Assembly (NCBI GenBank): GCA_946965045.2
Contig: OX337228.1
Coordinates: forward strand, 5,208,001 to 5,272,000
Direction: 5' to 3'
DNA from: Epithemia pelagica
Lineage: Eukaryota; Protista; Bacillariophyta
Length of the DNA: 64,000 nt
How positions within the stretch are numbered: position 1 is the stretch's first letter; each line of letters begins with the position of its first letter. A program made the position numbers and the translations under genes. The notes beneath the pieces were generated by a model that had not been told where the DNA came from, did not search any database, and saw only the letters and a program-made list of their open reading frames with translations. Positions 45,879 to 56,279 of the stretch are shown piece by piece.

Positions 45879-45928
45879 TCATAACCTATTAGAACGTACC
45901 TCCAAGGTGCATCATAACCTATTAGAAC
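45879..45928 (+). repeat. Subterminal 17-bp direct repeat TCATAACCTATTAGAAC x2
   Basis: Copies at 45879-45895 and 45912-45928. Confidence 0.9.
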
Positions 45929-46120
45929 ATGCCTCCAGCGTGCAACAACAACAGATGCAAAAGCAAAGCGGGTGATAAACTACTACGGATATGAACGAGC
46001 ACAACAACAGACATGTCAACAACGTGCACTGCTCACTACTACTACTACTTATTCCTGGCGGGTTGGTTCATTATTCAACAATCAAACAAGAATCATGAAC
46101 GGCTGCCCCACCACCTGTGA

Positions 46121-48072
46121 TTAGTTCTTCTTTTTGTTGTTGCGTCGCGTCAACCGACGAGCAAACAAAGGTGAGTCATCGCTATCATTGCTGTTGTTGT
46201 TGTTGTTCCATTTCTTCTTCTTCTTCTGTAACTCATCATCCTCTTCACGTTCATGTCGTGAATCAGGGCTCATCAAGTCGGAAGCCTTGAGAAGGCGCTC
46301 GTCTTGCATCATGGTGACATCCTGAGAAAATGAGTCCTTGGTGTACACAACACCATCGTCCGACGACTCGTCAGTTGAGGCTTCTTCTTCTCCTTCTCCT
46401 TCGTGAATGGTACCAACCCCGTGGTCCGTGCGTTCAGCATCCTTCATCTTGAAGGCAATGACGCTCAACGGGTCTTTGGATTGCATCGAACGGTGACGCT
46501 GGTCGAGGTAAACAAGCTTCCAGCAGTCACCGTCGATGCAAATGGTTCCTGGAACCGATACAACAAAAAGGTAAGTACGTGAAACAGCAGAGACAAGTGT
46601 ACAACGTGTTTCTCACCTGTGAAGTTGTCCACAGAAAACGAAAAAGGCGACGAAGACGACGATGACGACACGACAATGCCATCAGTGGCAACACCATTGA
46701 GGACAGCAGTGGTGCCTGAAGCTTGGTCCTTCAGGATTGCCGTGAGGCAATATCCATCCGGTTGCTTCTGCTCATCTGCTTGCATGGTTTCCAAAAAGTG
46801 AAGAGATGCAACAATCAAACGAAGTGCTTCTCCACCATGTGTAGAAGAGCTTGCGTGCGCTTCCCGCCTTGTCCGCAACAAGACTGCACACGTGCTTGAC
46901 CTGTGGGAACGACGTTCCCACTTTTTGAATATCAACAATCATTCCACAATCGGGAATGATGAGAGAGCGAAGCACATGGTGATGCAAGATGCAACAATCA
47001 AACAGCGCAGGAGGCCACTCCATCGTCCGCGCCAGCAGCCAAGGACGAGGACGGCGACGGAACTAACACAACAAACAAACTTTGACGACGACGACAACAA
47101 CCCAATCCACGGACCACGGAGCTGACAGCAAACAACAACAACAACAAAACACGCCACGGCGACATCAACAAACAACAACAACAACAAAACACACCACGGC
47201 GACATCAACAACACAATCCACGACGCTGACAGGAAACAACAACAACAACAACACCAACAACACAACCCGCGACAACAAGCGACGACAACAACGACGACGA
47301 CAACACAACCCGCGACGAAGACAACAGCAACAACGTCAAGACAAGCCGTGGCAACAACAACACACCACTGCGACATCAACAAACGACAACAACAACACAA
47401 TCCACGACGCTGACAGGAAACAACAACAACAACACCAACAACACAACCCGCGACAACAAGCGACGACAACAACGACGACGACAACACAACCCGCGACGAA
47501 GACAACAGCAACAACGTCAAGACAAGCCGTGGCAACAACAACAGTAGCAACACAAGCCGCGACGACAACAACAACATCAACAACGACAACGCAAGCAACC
47601 ACGCTGACCTCAAACAACAAGAAGAAGAACGACAACGACACAAGCCACGACAACACACGCCCCCGTGGCAGAAGCAACGGAAAAGAACAGGACTGCTGGT
47701 GGCGGCAAAAACGACGCAACAACAATGAGATTGACTGGTGGAATGTTTGAGGTCGGAATAGTAGACCGTGATTCAGAGGATCACATGTGGACTCGGAGCC
47801 ACAGTGCCGCTCTCTTTGTCGGCAAGACAAACTTTGGGCATGGCTTTCAAGTGTCTTACACCGGCGCCGACAAAACGCTGGTCCATAAGACATTTCTGTC
47901 CCATGAAGTGTTGGCTTGGGATGTCTTTCGTGTCAGGAGTCAACGCAATGGACACGAGGGACTCGAGTTCTTCGCAGTCGTTCCATTGCCTTTGGGACAT
48001 GAAGGAGACCGATGTCACGTTGGAGAAGAGTGTCGGGAGTGGATGCTTCGCTTCACCATCATGGGGCACCAT
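46121..48072 (-). CDS. Putative second, spliced gene of the inner element (unknown product; acidic then basic C-terminus)
   Basis: A clean GTGAG...CAG intron at 46549-46616 joins ...SVDNFT|GTICIDGDCWKLVYLDQRHRSMQSKDPL...RRLTRRNNKKKN*. 5' exon(s) are uncertain; ORF 47773..48072 is a candidate. Confidence 0.45.
47030..47720. repeat. Low-complexity ACA/ACG array with an internal ~180-bp tandem duplication
   Basis: CGACGCTGACAGGAAACAACAAC...GTCAAGACAAGCCGTGGCAACAACAACA occurs at about 47221-47361 and 47405-47542. Confidence 0.9.
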
Positions 48073-48201
48073 GAGTCTTTCAAGCTCCTAAAAACAGCGT
48101 GCCGTGACAGTGGTTTCCCGAAGCGGGGACTTGTACTAGAGCAAGCTTAGTCATTAACCAAAACCTTACTTAGTATTCCTTACATGCGATTATGGTAGCT
48201 A

Positions 48202-51200
48202 TCATGATTCCGACTGAAGCAGCTTTTGGTGTCGTAGTTCATCAAGTCGGGGGTACTTCTCCTCTTGGATAGCGAACATCGATAGAAGTGCCACCCGCTC
48301 AGAGTCACGCAAGGCCTTGTGCTTGTTGCCTTTGTAGGATTTGGGGGCTTCTTGATCACCCCCCTCACCATTTCTCCTGTTCACGTTCCGTTGTACCGCT
48401 TTTGTGACCGCAACAAGCCTGTCTTGCACTGCGTCATTCTTTGTCATCACCTCCAACTGAGCTACAACTTGCCCCTTTGTTGAATGGTTTAGAGACTTCA
48501 TGCGGCTTTCCATCTGCGCCCCAGTCTGATGGGCGCGCTCGCCTTCATCTTCACCCAAATCACCGATTCCGCCGTACCGTTTCACTGCGTCAAGTGCATG
48601 GTCTTCCAAAATGTGCATCTTGGGTGAAATTGGGATGTCGAGTGCTCGCCATACCGAAGAAGCATGCTTCAAATGATGCTCTAAGTGGAGCACCTGTTGT
48701 GGCGTGATGTGATTCCGAGGCGTCTGCAAAATAGAAAAAGTGGCATCGAGATGCCCCATCAATCGTTCATAGGCATCAATCACCCTTTTGATTGTCGCAT
48801 TATCCACCCATTTCTGTTCGTCCGGGAGGTCCCGGACGTAGACCCAAATCTCTTCGAAGATAAACTTCCGATCAACCAACACTGTGCTGCAGGGGTTGCC
48901 TTGCAGAGCACCCCCATGAAACGCTGCCCTGTCAATTCCATGGGCACGCTCGATCTCTTCGAACTTGCGATAGACTGGTTGTCCATGCTTTCGTGAGTTC
49001 TCAGGGACACTCTTCTCTTTGTCCCATTCAAGTTTTGCTTCTTTAACCAACTTTGCCCTTGCCTTCCGCTCACCATCCTTCTCCTTCAGGCTTTGTTTCA
49101 ACAAAGCAATCTCAGCTGCAATGTGCTCATCCGGAACCTGTTGTTGTTGTTGTTGTTGTTTTTCCTGTTTCTGCCGCGTGATTTCCATCAGCTCGCTCAC
49201 CACTTGTTCTTCTTCCTTTTTCCGTCTGAGCCATTCCGTTTCAAGATCGATCCAGGCTGCTGTGTAGATCTCACAGGCAGCCTGGAGATCACTGTACAAA
49301 CAATCTAGAGCCTTGTTCACAACGCCCAACTTGATGTGGAGAACAGGCATTGACACATGACACACATCCACGGCAGTAAGCAAAGGCACATTTTTTATTC
49401 CCTTTCGCAGGGCACCCTTTGCATTCTCATCGAGCGTTTTGTTGTATTCAAGCTGGGCCTTCATTGTTGCAAGCGACCACTTTGTGCCTCGAGCATGACT
49501 AAGTGGCTGCCATTCTGCCTTTGTCAGCTGACAAAAGGCACACCAGCAGCTAGACATGCCTTCTCGCCCATAGTTGGTCATAATTTGGGCTAGGTCTCCT
49601 GCCAAGAACACTTCTACTGGGAGTCCTCCATAGAAGCGTGTGTCGCTAGGTTGGTCAGGACGTGACCCCGCAAGCCTTGAGTAGTACCACTCTTCATTTT
49701 CATTTAGTTGGGCTCGCTTCCACACGTCGATACCGCCTTTCTCTGTCAACTGACTTAGCGCACTGTCTAGTTTTGGCATGTAGGTGCTTTTCAGGATCTC
49801 GTAGGTGTCCTTCTTGCACCTAGCATCTGCTAGACTGTAGGAGTCTTTGTGTTCCGTCCACTTATTTGAGCTAGGGTCATGTTTCCGACAAATTAAGACC
49901 GCATGGGCACAAGAGAAGCCTTTCCCATGGTCGGCCGACACAACCATATCAAAAGAGGTCCAATGCTGTCGAGTGTCAGCTCGATTAAACACAGTATCGC
50001 AAAAGTAAAGCAATACCTGTGTCGCATCTCGCACACTCCATTCGATTGACTCGTTGTTTAATTGTAGCGTATTGCATTCCGGTGCCACAGCCTTCTTAGT
50101 TACTAGGACTCTCTTTAGCTCATCAGGTGAGCTAACCAGGGGACATCCGAACCAGTACTTGAGGTGACGTGCAATCAGTCTTGCCTGCGAGTAGTTTATG
50201 TTTGCGTCCGACCACATGGCAAACGTTGCAACCGGGTCCATTGCAACGCACGCAAACTTTTGTTGTTTCACTGCCTCCTTGACCCCATTCGGAAATCTCT
50301 TGCCGAGATGGGCAAAGAGATTCTTTGCCGTATACTCCATGTCGGTCAGCTCCTCTTCTTGCCCCTCCTCTAACTGATCCTCCTCTAGCTCATCTACCTC
50401 GTCATTTCGCACATCTGTACTCGGCTTCAACACCTTCCGCGGCCTGTCGTTTTGTTTCACGAGTGCTTCCAAGACTTGATCAATCCACTTGAAGTGTCTG
50501 TCTTGCTCATGGAAGCTTTTCAAATTGGTAGATTTTGGTATCCGAACCAAAGATACCATCCTACCGTTTGACATCCGGGTCGTGAGCACATCGTGCTTTC
50601 TTCGCTTGTCAGATAGAGTGACAAGGTCTCGCACAAGATCACTAACCACGCGTTTGTTTGTTGTGTCAATTCCATAGGCATGCAACGTAGGTGTGCTCAA
50701 TTTTTGATTGGGGGTCATAAAACTTTGAACCCCCAACATTTCGCCTCTTTCTTTCTCGTTGTGTTCATACAGTACTTTCATGACGGAGGCGAGGGCACCA
50801 GCAAGATCTTGCTCCTCAAAAGATTCGGATTCCAAAAAGTATTCTTCCATCACATCGAAGAACTCCGGCTTGAAGACTTTCGGAAACAAATGGCAAATCA
50901 GCTGTTGCTTGATGAGTTGATTCCGGCTCACGTGCTGCTTGTTGTTGTTCTGGTTGGTAGCAGGTGTGGTGATCTTTGAATTGTTCTCCATTCTCATCGC
51001 TCGTTTTCTTTCATTCTCCAATGTCTCACTGGAGAGAGAAACTCGCTTTTGCGTCCTCTTGTCATCAGCAGCTGCTCCTCTTGGCCTCTTCAGGATGCTA
51101 CTTCTGCGCCGCCTTGGAGATGGGGTTTTTATCAGCGTTGCTGGATTCGTAGTCGTCCCCGTAGAACTGTCACCAGCTTGTTTTGTTGTTGCATTCAGAA

Positions 51201-51621
51201 GCAGCTTTTTTGTTTGTACTGCAATGGATTTGGTATTTTGAATCGATGGCTTGGTGAAATTTCGGAAGACATAAAGTGGACTTGCACTCGTTTTGTCGCA
51301 ACCCACTTCAAGGAAATGTCGCCGTTGCTCATTTCCATACCTGCTTTTCGTGAGCGCTGTGATGTCTCGTAGGTGAAACCGGTCTAGGAAGGTTTCAATT
51401 TTCCTCTCTTGAACTCTCCACGACGAGGATGTTGATTCGTTCGTTGTTGCCACTCGTGACACCCATCCGACAACACTCAATAGGCACATTAGGGACTCCG
51501 TAGAGATCCCAAGTAGATTAGCGAGACTGTTCTCATCGCTTTCACCTACATTTATGCCATACCACCATGGCCTATTGGCCGAACCAATTTCACGGATCAA
51601 CTTTGCGAGTGCTTCGTCCAT
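48202..51621 (-). CDS. DDE transposase of the Transib/RAG1-core/Chapaev group, intact (1139 aa)
   Basis: Ordered motifs VSADHGKG (D1), LAGDLAQ (D2), CWCAFC, PVLHIKLG, ALQGNPC, ISPKMHILEDH (H-x4-H), GDLGEDEGERAHQ (E). Confidence 0.9.
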   Translation of the reverse strand: MDEALAKLIREIGSANRPWWYGINVGESDENSLANLLGISTESLMCLLSVVGWVSRVATTNESTSSSWRVQERKIETFLDRFHLRDITALTKSRYGNEQRRHFLEVGCDKTSASPLYVFRNFTKPSIQNTKSIAVQTKKLLLNATTKQAGDSSTGTTTNPATLIKTPSPRRRRSSILKRPRGAAADDKRTQKRVSLSSETLENERKRAMRMENNSKITTPATNQNNNKQHVSRNQLIKQQLICHLFPKVFKPEFFDVMEEYFLESESFEEQDLAGALASVMKVLYEHNEKERGEMLGVQSFMTPNQKLSTPTLHAYGIDTTNKRVVSDLVRDLVTLSDKRRKHDVLTTRMSNGRMVSLVRIPKSTNLKSFHEQDRHFKWIDQVLEALVKQNDRPRKVLKPSTDVRNDEVDELEEDQLEEGQEEELTDMEYTAKNLFAHLGKRFPNGVKEAVKQQKFACVAMDPVATFAMWSDANINYSQARLIARHLKYWFGCPLVSSPDELKRVLVTKKAVAPECNTLQLNNESIEWSVRDATQVLLYFCDTVFNRADTRQHWTSFDMVVSADHGKGFSCAHAVLICRKHDPSSNKWTEHKDSYSLADARCKKDTYEILKSTYMPKLDSALSQLTEKGGIDVWKRAQLNENEEWYYSRLAGSRPDQPSDTRFYGGLPVEVFLAGDLAQIMTNYGREGMSSCWCAFCQLTKAEWQPLSHARGTKWSLATMKAQLEYNKTLDENAKGALRKGIKNVPLLTAVDVCHVSMPVLHIKLGVVNKALDCLYSDLQAACEIYTAAWIDLETEWLRRKKEEEQVVSELMEITRQKQEKQQQQQQQVPDEHIAAEIALLKQSLKEKDGERKARAKLVKEAKLEWDKEKSVPENSRKHGQPVYRKFEEIERAHGIDRAAFHGGALQGNPCSTVLVDRKFIFEEIWVYVRDLPDEQKWVDNATIKRVIDAYERLMGHLDATFSILQTPRNHITPQQVLHLEHHLKHASSVWRALDIPISPKMHILEDHALDAVKRYGGIGDLGEDEGERAHQTGAQMESRMKSLNHSTKGQVVAQLEVMTKNDAVQDRLVAVTKAVQRNVNRRNGEGGDQEAPKSYKGNKHKALRDSERVALLSMFAIQEEKYPRLDELRHQKLLQSES

Positions 51622-54364
51622 GACGATCCAAGTTGTTGGAGGCTACTACTCCAGCGGAAGATGGCAAAAATAGTGCAATCGCGAACACTTTCTAGGGTAT
51701 TATGGACAACTATCATCTGAATGAAGCTGTGCAATATGTTCGCGATTGGAGAACTACATCCCGCGGTATCATCATCGTTGATGCGCAAATCACGAGTTCT
51801 GCACTTCAAAAAATGGAACGAGATACGATACACACATGGGCACGTGTGGAGGGTCGGCCGGCGAAGACCTACAACCTAGAGACCAAGACCAAGTGAATAC
51901 TGTAGGCATAATATTACAATACAAAATCGGCTCCTTGTCGAACGTGTCTGGTCGGGACGGCGAAAAAGGCACGTGTTAGCGAACACGGAGGGATCCGAGC
52001 TGCTCGTAACGAACAGTTATCCGTCGTTTTGTCATGCGAGTGTGCTTCAACGGATAGAATGACAGACGATTGTCGGATCCACAAATCCGCAATCCACAAT
52101 CCACACACTCCATATACGACGGCAACAACGACAGCTCTACGATCTACGAAGAAGAAAGACAATCTTTCTCATCCCCGATTCGGTTGCAGTAGCGTCTGTT
52201 CTACTTGGCATTCTCTCGTCTCCTTGAGTACGACGACAACGATGATAAGACGAGTCCCCTCCATTAGACCGCTCTTGTCTGACCTCCATCTTGTGGGGTT
52301 CGTTGGATCAAATCTCCAAACGTTACAATTCATGTTGGATTTTGATTTTGTGGCTCTACGAAGAAGTGGACGACCATCCTCGGCCATCATGGTATATTTG
52401 GTACAATCGGCTTGAATAGTAGTACCATGGACCAGCAGCAGGAGGCAATGGCCGGTGATTGTTCTTTCCCTTGTTACAAGAACGACAAGACATCACTCCT
52501 CGACGACCAACGTGTCTCGTTCCATGAACCTGTCTCGATCTCGCGCGAACCAAAAAGAAAAAGAAGAGAGAAGAAGTGCTACAGTGACTGGAGTGAAACC
52601 GTGCGCGATAGAGCTTTGTGTGGTCGACAAATGAAGAAAGAAGAAGAAGTACCATGGGGGTCGGACTCCATGGGGTCTGGCTGTTCATCCAACCAGTCAG
52701 CCACGAACGACTTGCGACATGACAGAACGAATCTCCACAATGCAATGAGGAGCCACTTTGCGTTGGTATCAAACTGTCTCCCAGCTCGCGTCTGTGCCAG
52801 CTGGGAGATGCCTGCCTTGTTTGACTTCGTCCAGGTCATTTCAGACTTGAATCCAATCGCTCTGAAATGCACAGATGGTCGTCTCTGGGATAATGTTTTC
52901 CCTCTATATATCATGGACTAGTGGCTCTGTAAAATGTGTTGTGTTTCCATCACCCGTGCCTTGCATCAGAGTATCTCCTCTACATAGCACAACTACGGAT
53001 AATGTATTGAGGCTACGGACATGATAAAAAAAGTGTTTTTGCTAGTTTTCACAAAATTGCATTCGTGCTAATGGGATTGTGGTTTCATTCATTTATTAGT
53101 TTGAAGTCATGAGGGTCGACCTGGTTACTTCGGCCAATCGATCGTCCGTCATGGTGCTGCGTTCCTACACGTACACGTGTTCTGTCCAGGGTTCCAACCA
53201 CACCACGTTTAGTCCATTCCTTTTGCTTTTACGATAACAATGGAAATTTGAGTTTGGAGCAACGCGTGGATCATTTTCTTCTACAAGCTGGGCACTCCCA
53301 GCTACATCACCACTAGCAACACCTCTGGCAACACCACCACCTGCATCAGATTGAGTTAGTTGTTGAGAGGCTTGGCTGTACTGTGTGACAATAGGGACAG
53401 AAGAGGTGCTCATGATGATGGTCGAACGTCGAACCCAACAAAAAGCTTTTTGTTGCTCTGTGTAGCATTGGCTCCCTCGCAGCCCTTGCATGCCCGCAGT
53501 GACTTGCACGCAATTTTTGCGAGTGCCCGCGCTAAATTTTTAAATTTGGAGTCCCCCCTCGCACTCGCACCTGCCCTCGCACCAAAAAGTAGCCTGATAA
53601 GTTACCGTCTTAGACCTCTCTAGTACCACATAATTGAACCGCCACGGCGGTAGGACGGCTGAGTTCAGTATTGAGTAGTCCCAGGAGTACGTAGAAAGTA
53701 TACAAGACAGGTAGTAGTATAGTTTATGTCAAATCAAACGTGTCTGTCATCTAGCGGGCAATGGAACGAGCACGACGAAGTCGTAGTGGTGGACGTGTCC
53801 TGACTTGTTGTCAATGCACGGGAAAGCCCACAAAGTCCAATTTTTCCAAGACGGAATTCAACACGGTCGGTTCCACGGCAATGACACCATCGGTTTCATC
53901 CAATTGAGGATGTTCTATAGTTGTAGCAAGAAATACCAAAGTCCAACCGTGCACGAAATGGGGGAATCATTAGGGTGCACCAACCAACAAAAGTTCCTCA
54001 TGGTGTCGTCTCCAGTTGCAACGGAGCCGGTAGAATCTCTCACTGCAGACCATCTCCGAGCAGCATCAACGACCTACGTCATACTCTCCTACCATTCATG
54101 GACACCTTGGAGTTGCACATCTCATTTACTGGAATGATTTTTCGACAATGCAAGCCACTCGTGTATAGGTATAGCGATTAAACGCTTTTCATTCAGTTCC
54201 ATGATTTACAGTGTAGCTAAAGATGGACACAATGTCCGTTTTGTACGAGCGTATATAATGGCCGTGATGTAGTTTCCGGGCTCTTGGCCGTGCAACCAGT
54301 TGTACATTTCGACTGCCATCCTGCCCTTTATCACAATGACAATCATGTATTGGTCAACATTCGT

Positions 54365-55435
54365 TCAAGAGTCGACATCTCTATTGCCCGATCTTTCCAG
54401 AGAATGAATCCATCCGTACGGCTCCTGCTCACAGAGCTGACGAAAACACCACGTATTCTTGTCCATGAGTCGTAATATCGCACAGGATGGATTATGCCAT
54501 CCACCAATCACGGCAACTTTATTGGCAACAGTCACCATACTGCAGTTACCACGGTCATTGCGGAATGGTGGGAGATTCCACATTCGGTTGTGATGCGTAT
54601 CCAAGATTTCCACGGTGCGATGGTCTCCTGCCAACACCAGACACGATCCCACGGTAACCACTGCACAAGAACTATGTGGGTCGGAAAGTGCCAGATGGGA
54701 ATGAGTTGTCCAGCCCGACAAGGAGGAAATGAATGTGGACAGAGTGTCGTGTCTCTCTTCATTGTCACTAGGCTGTCCAAAGGTCAAATACTCTACTGTC
54801 GAGCCTCCAACGACAAAGATGCGGTGGCCAACGACCGCACTGGCACACCATCGTCGTTGAACGTTCATATTTGGCCCCGCAATGACACTGTGGTCACTGG
54901 TATCCAGAATATCCATCGACGACAAGCTTTGACTTGAGTTCCATCCGCCCATTACCACGATATACCGATTGTGAACCGTAACAAAACAACATCCATATCG
55001 TCCCGTTGATAATCGACAAGTCAAAGTAGTCCAATGACTCTCATGCGTGCTGGTTGATGTCGAAGATTGTTGTAGCAAATCGTTGGCATTAATTTGTTCC
55101 ATACAATCCAGAGTGTTTCCATTATATCCTCCCATCACGTAGACGCTGCCATTGCACACAACAGCAGCATGTCTATAACGTTTCTGGTTCATAGGCGGTC
55201 CTTCTTGCCACTGTTTTTCTGGTTCTGCCAAATTCAGTATAAGAGCGGAATTGGTGGCACCTTCTTGTTTCAGGCCTCCCATCACGACGACCGTATGATC
55301 CAGTACGACCGTAGCATGACGCTCTCGCCATCCATCTACAAGAGGAAGCCAGTCATCCTCATTCCATCTTGGTGTCTTGTCCAGCAGGACAAGGCCCGAC
55401 TGCCATGCTTGTTCTTGCAGTGATGTCATGCTCAC
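54365..55435 (-). CDS. Kelch-repeat beta-propeller protein (6 blades)
   Basis: Six units ending VMGG, VMGG, VMGG, VVGG, LAG and VIGG, each preceded by R...(A/C)..V. Confidence 0.9.
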   Translation of the reverse strand: MSMTSLQEQAWQSGLVLLDKTPRWNEDDWLPLVDGWRERHATVVLDHTVVVMGGLKQEGATNSALILNLAEPEKQWQEGPPMNQKRYRHAAVVCNGSVYVMGGYNGNTLDCMEQINANDLLQQSSTSTSTHESHWTTLTCRLSTGRYGCCFVTVHNRYIVVMGGWNSSQSLSSMDILDTSDHSVIAGPNMNVQRRWCASAVVGHRIFVVGGSTVEYLTFGQPSDNEERHDTLSTFISSLSGWTTHSHLALSDPHSSCAVVTVGSCLVLAGDHRTVEILDTHHNRMWNLPPFRNDRGNCSMVTVANKVAVIGGWHNPSCAILRLMDKNTWCFRQLCEQEPYGWIHSLERSGNRDVDS

Positions 55436-56279
55436 CGTTCCAAACGTTGACTGCAGAATTTATGAGGATCGAGACACTGACTTGTTTGAGGTTCTTGGGT
55501 TTGCTGCTGAGGACTGGAATCACGACTGACTTGACGAAATGGATGGACCGTTATAAACCGAAACACGAGCAATGGGTAGCTTTCGTAGCGAGTCCGGAGT
55601 CAACTCCTCCACACATCTATTCATTCCAAATACCGTGGAAGTGACTGGATATCGAAATAAGATTCTCACGGTGATGCAAACAACCACTGACTGTGGTATC
55701 CTCACACGACTCGCAGAACCAGAATGGCAGGATGCCACTTGCCATAGGCGATAAAGTACACTGTAGTGTCGTGTTCCAACAATTATGCAATGCAAAGCCT
55801 CCACAGTCTGTCTGGTTGTTGGTTCCCAACGAAAATGCAACGACACTGCACAGGCCGTGAATGGCATGTCGGCCGTAGTTCGTGGTCCAGGGTGATTCGA
55901 CCTGTTGTTGTTGCTGATCGTTGGTGCAATGCCTCAGTGTCCTGAATGACTGTGCTGTCTGGTACTTCTGGTCGGGGCATTTGTGTTTTCCATTTCCTCC
56001 GATTCCTTGTCATCCTGCAATTTTCGTCATGGGTCGTCCTATTAGTGTCGTGGTGTGCCTCCCTGCGACTTTCAATTTGTAGTTTGTAGAACCCCAGCAA
56101 TACAAAGGACCAGGGCCCTCCTGCTACCGTGTCACGACATGTCTTGCTCATACGGTGCATGCAAACGGTAACAACACGACGACGGTTTGTCTCTTGTTGC
56201 CTGTTGTTGTTGTTCGTGTCGTCCTTTTAAAGTATCGGGATCATTGAGTACGACTGTATCATGGCGAGAAGGACGACAA

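Larger units (their letters stand above)
45809..51946 (-). mobile_element. Inner Transib/Chapaev-like DNA transposon (6138 bp) with CAC...GTG ends and a TCT duplication
   Basis: Left end CACGTTCGACAAGG-13nt-CCGATTTTGTA. Right end (reverse complement) CACGTTCGACAAGG-2nt-CCGATTTTGTA. TCT at 45806-45808 and 51947-51949. Encloses an intact transposase. Confidence 0.9.
42117..53602. mobile_element. Outer DNA transposon: imperfect ~50-bp TIRs, TA-flanked, internally deleted, hosting a nested element
   Basis: TA|ACTTATCA at 42115-42124 is the inverse of TGATAAGT|TA at 53595-53604. Inner TIR parts GATGCGGGTGAAGGTGCGAGTGCGGGGG (left) and GGTGCGAGGGCAGGTGCGAGTGCGAGGG (right, reverse complement) match at 23/28. 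Confidence 0.75.

Noticed and set aside
45746-47806. Exact RSS heptamers CACAGTG at 45746 and 47800
   Set aside because: No nonamer at 12 or 23 nt, not at element ends, and expected several times by chance in 64 kb.
52412-53509. ORFs 52412..52921 (+) and 53165..53509 (-) in the right arm of the outer element
   Set aside because: No recognisable motifs or splice support; left unannotated, possibly decayed cargo.
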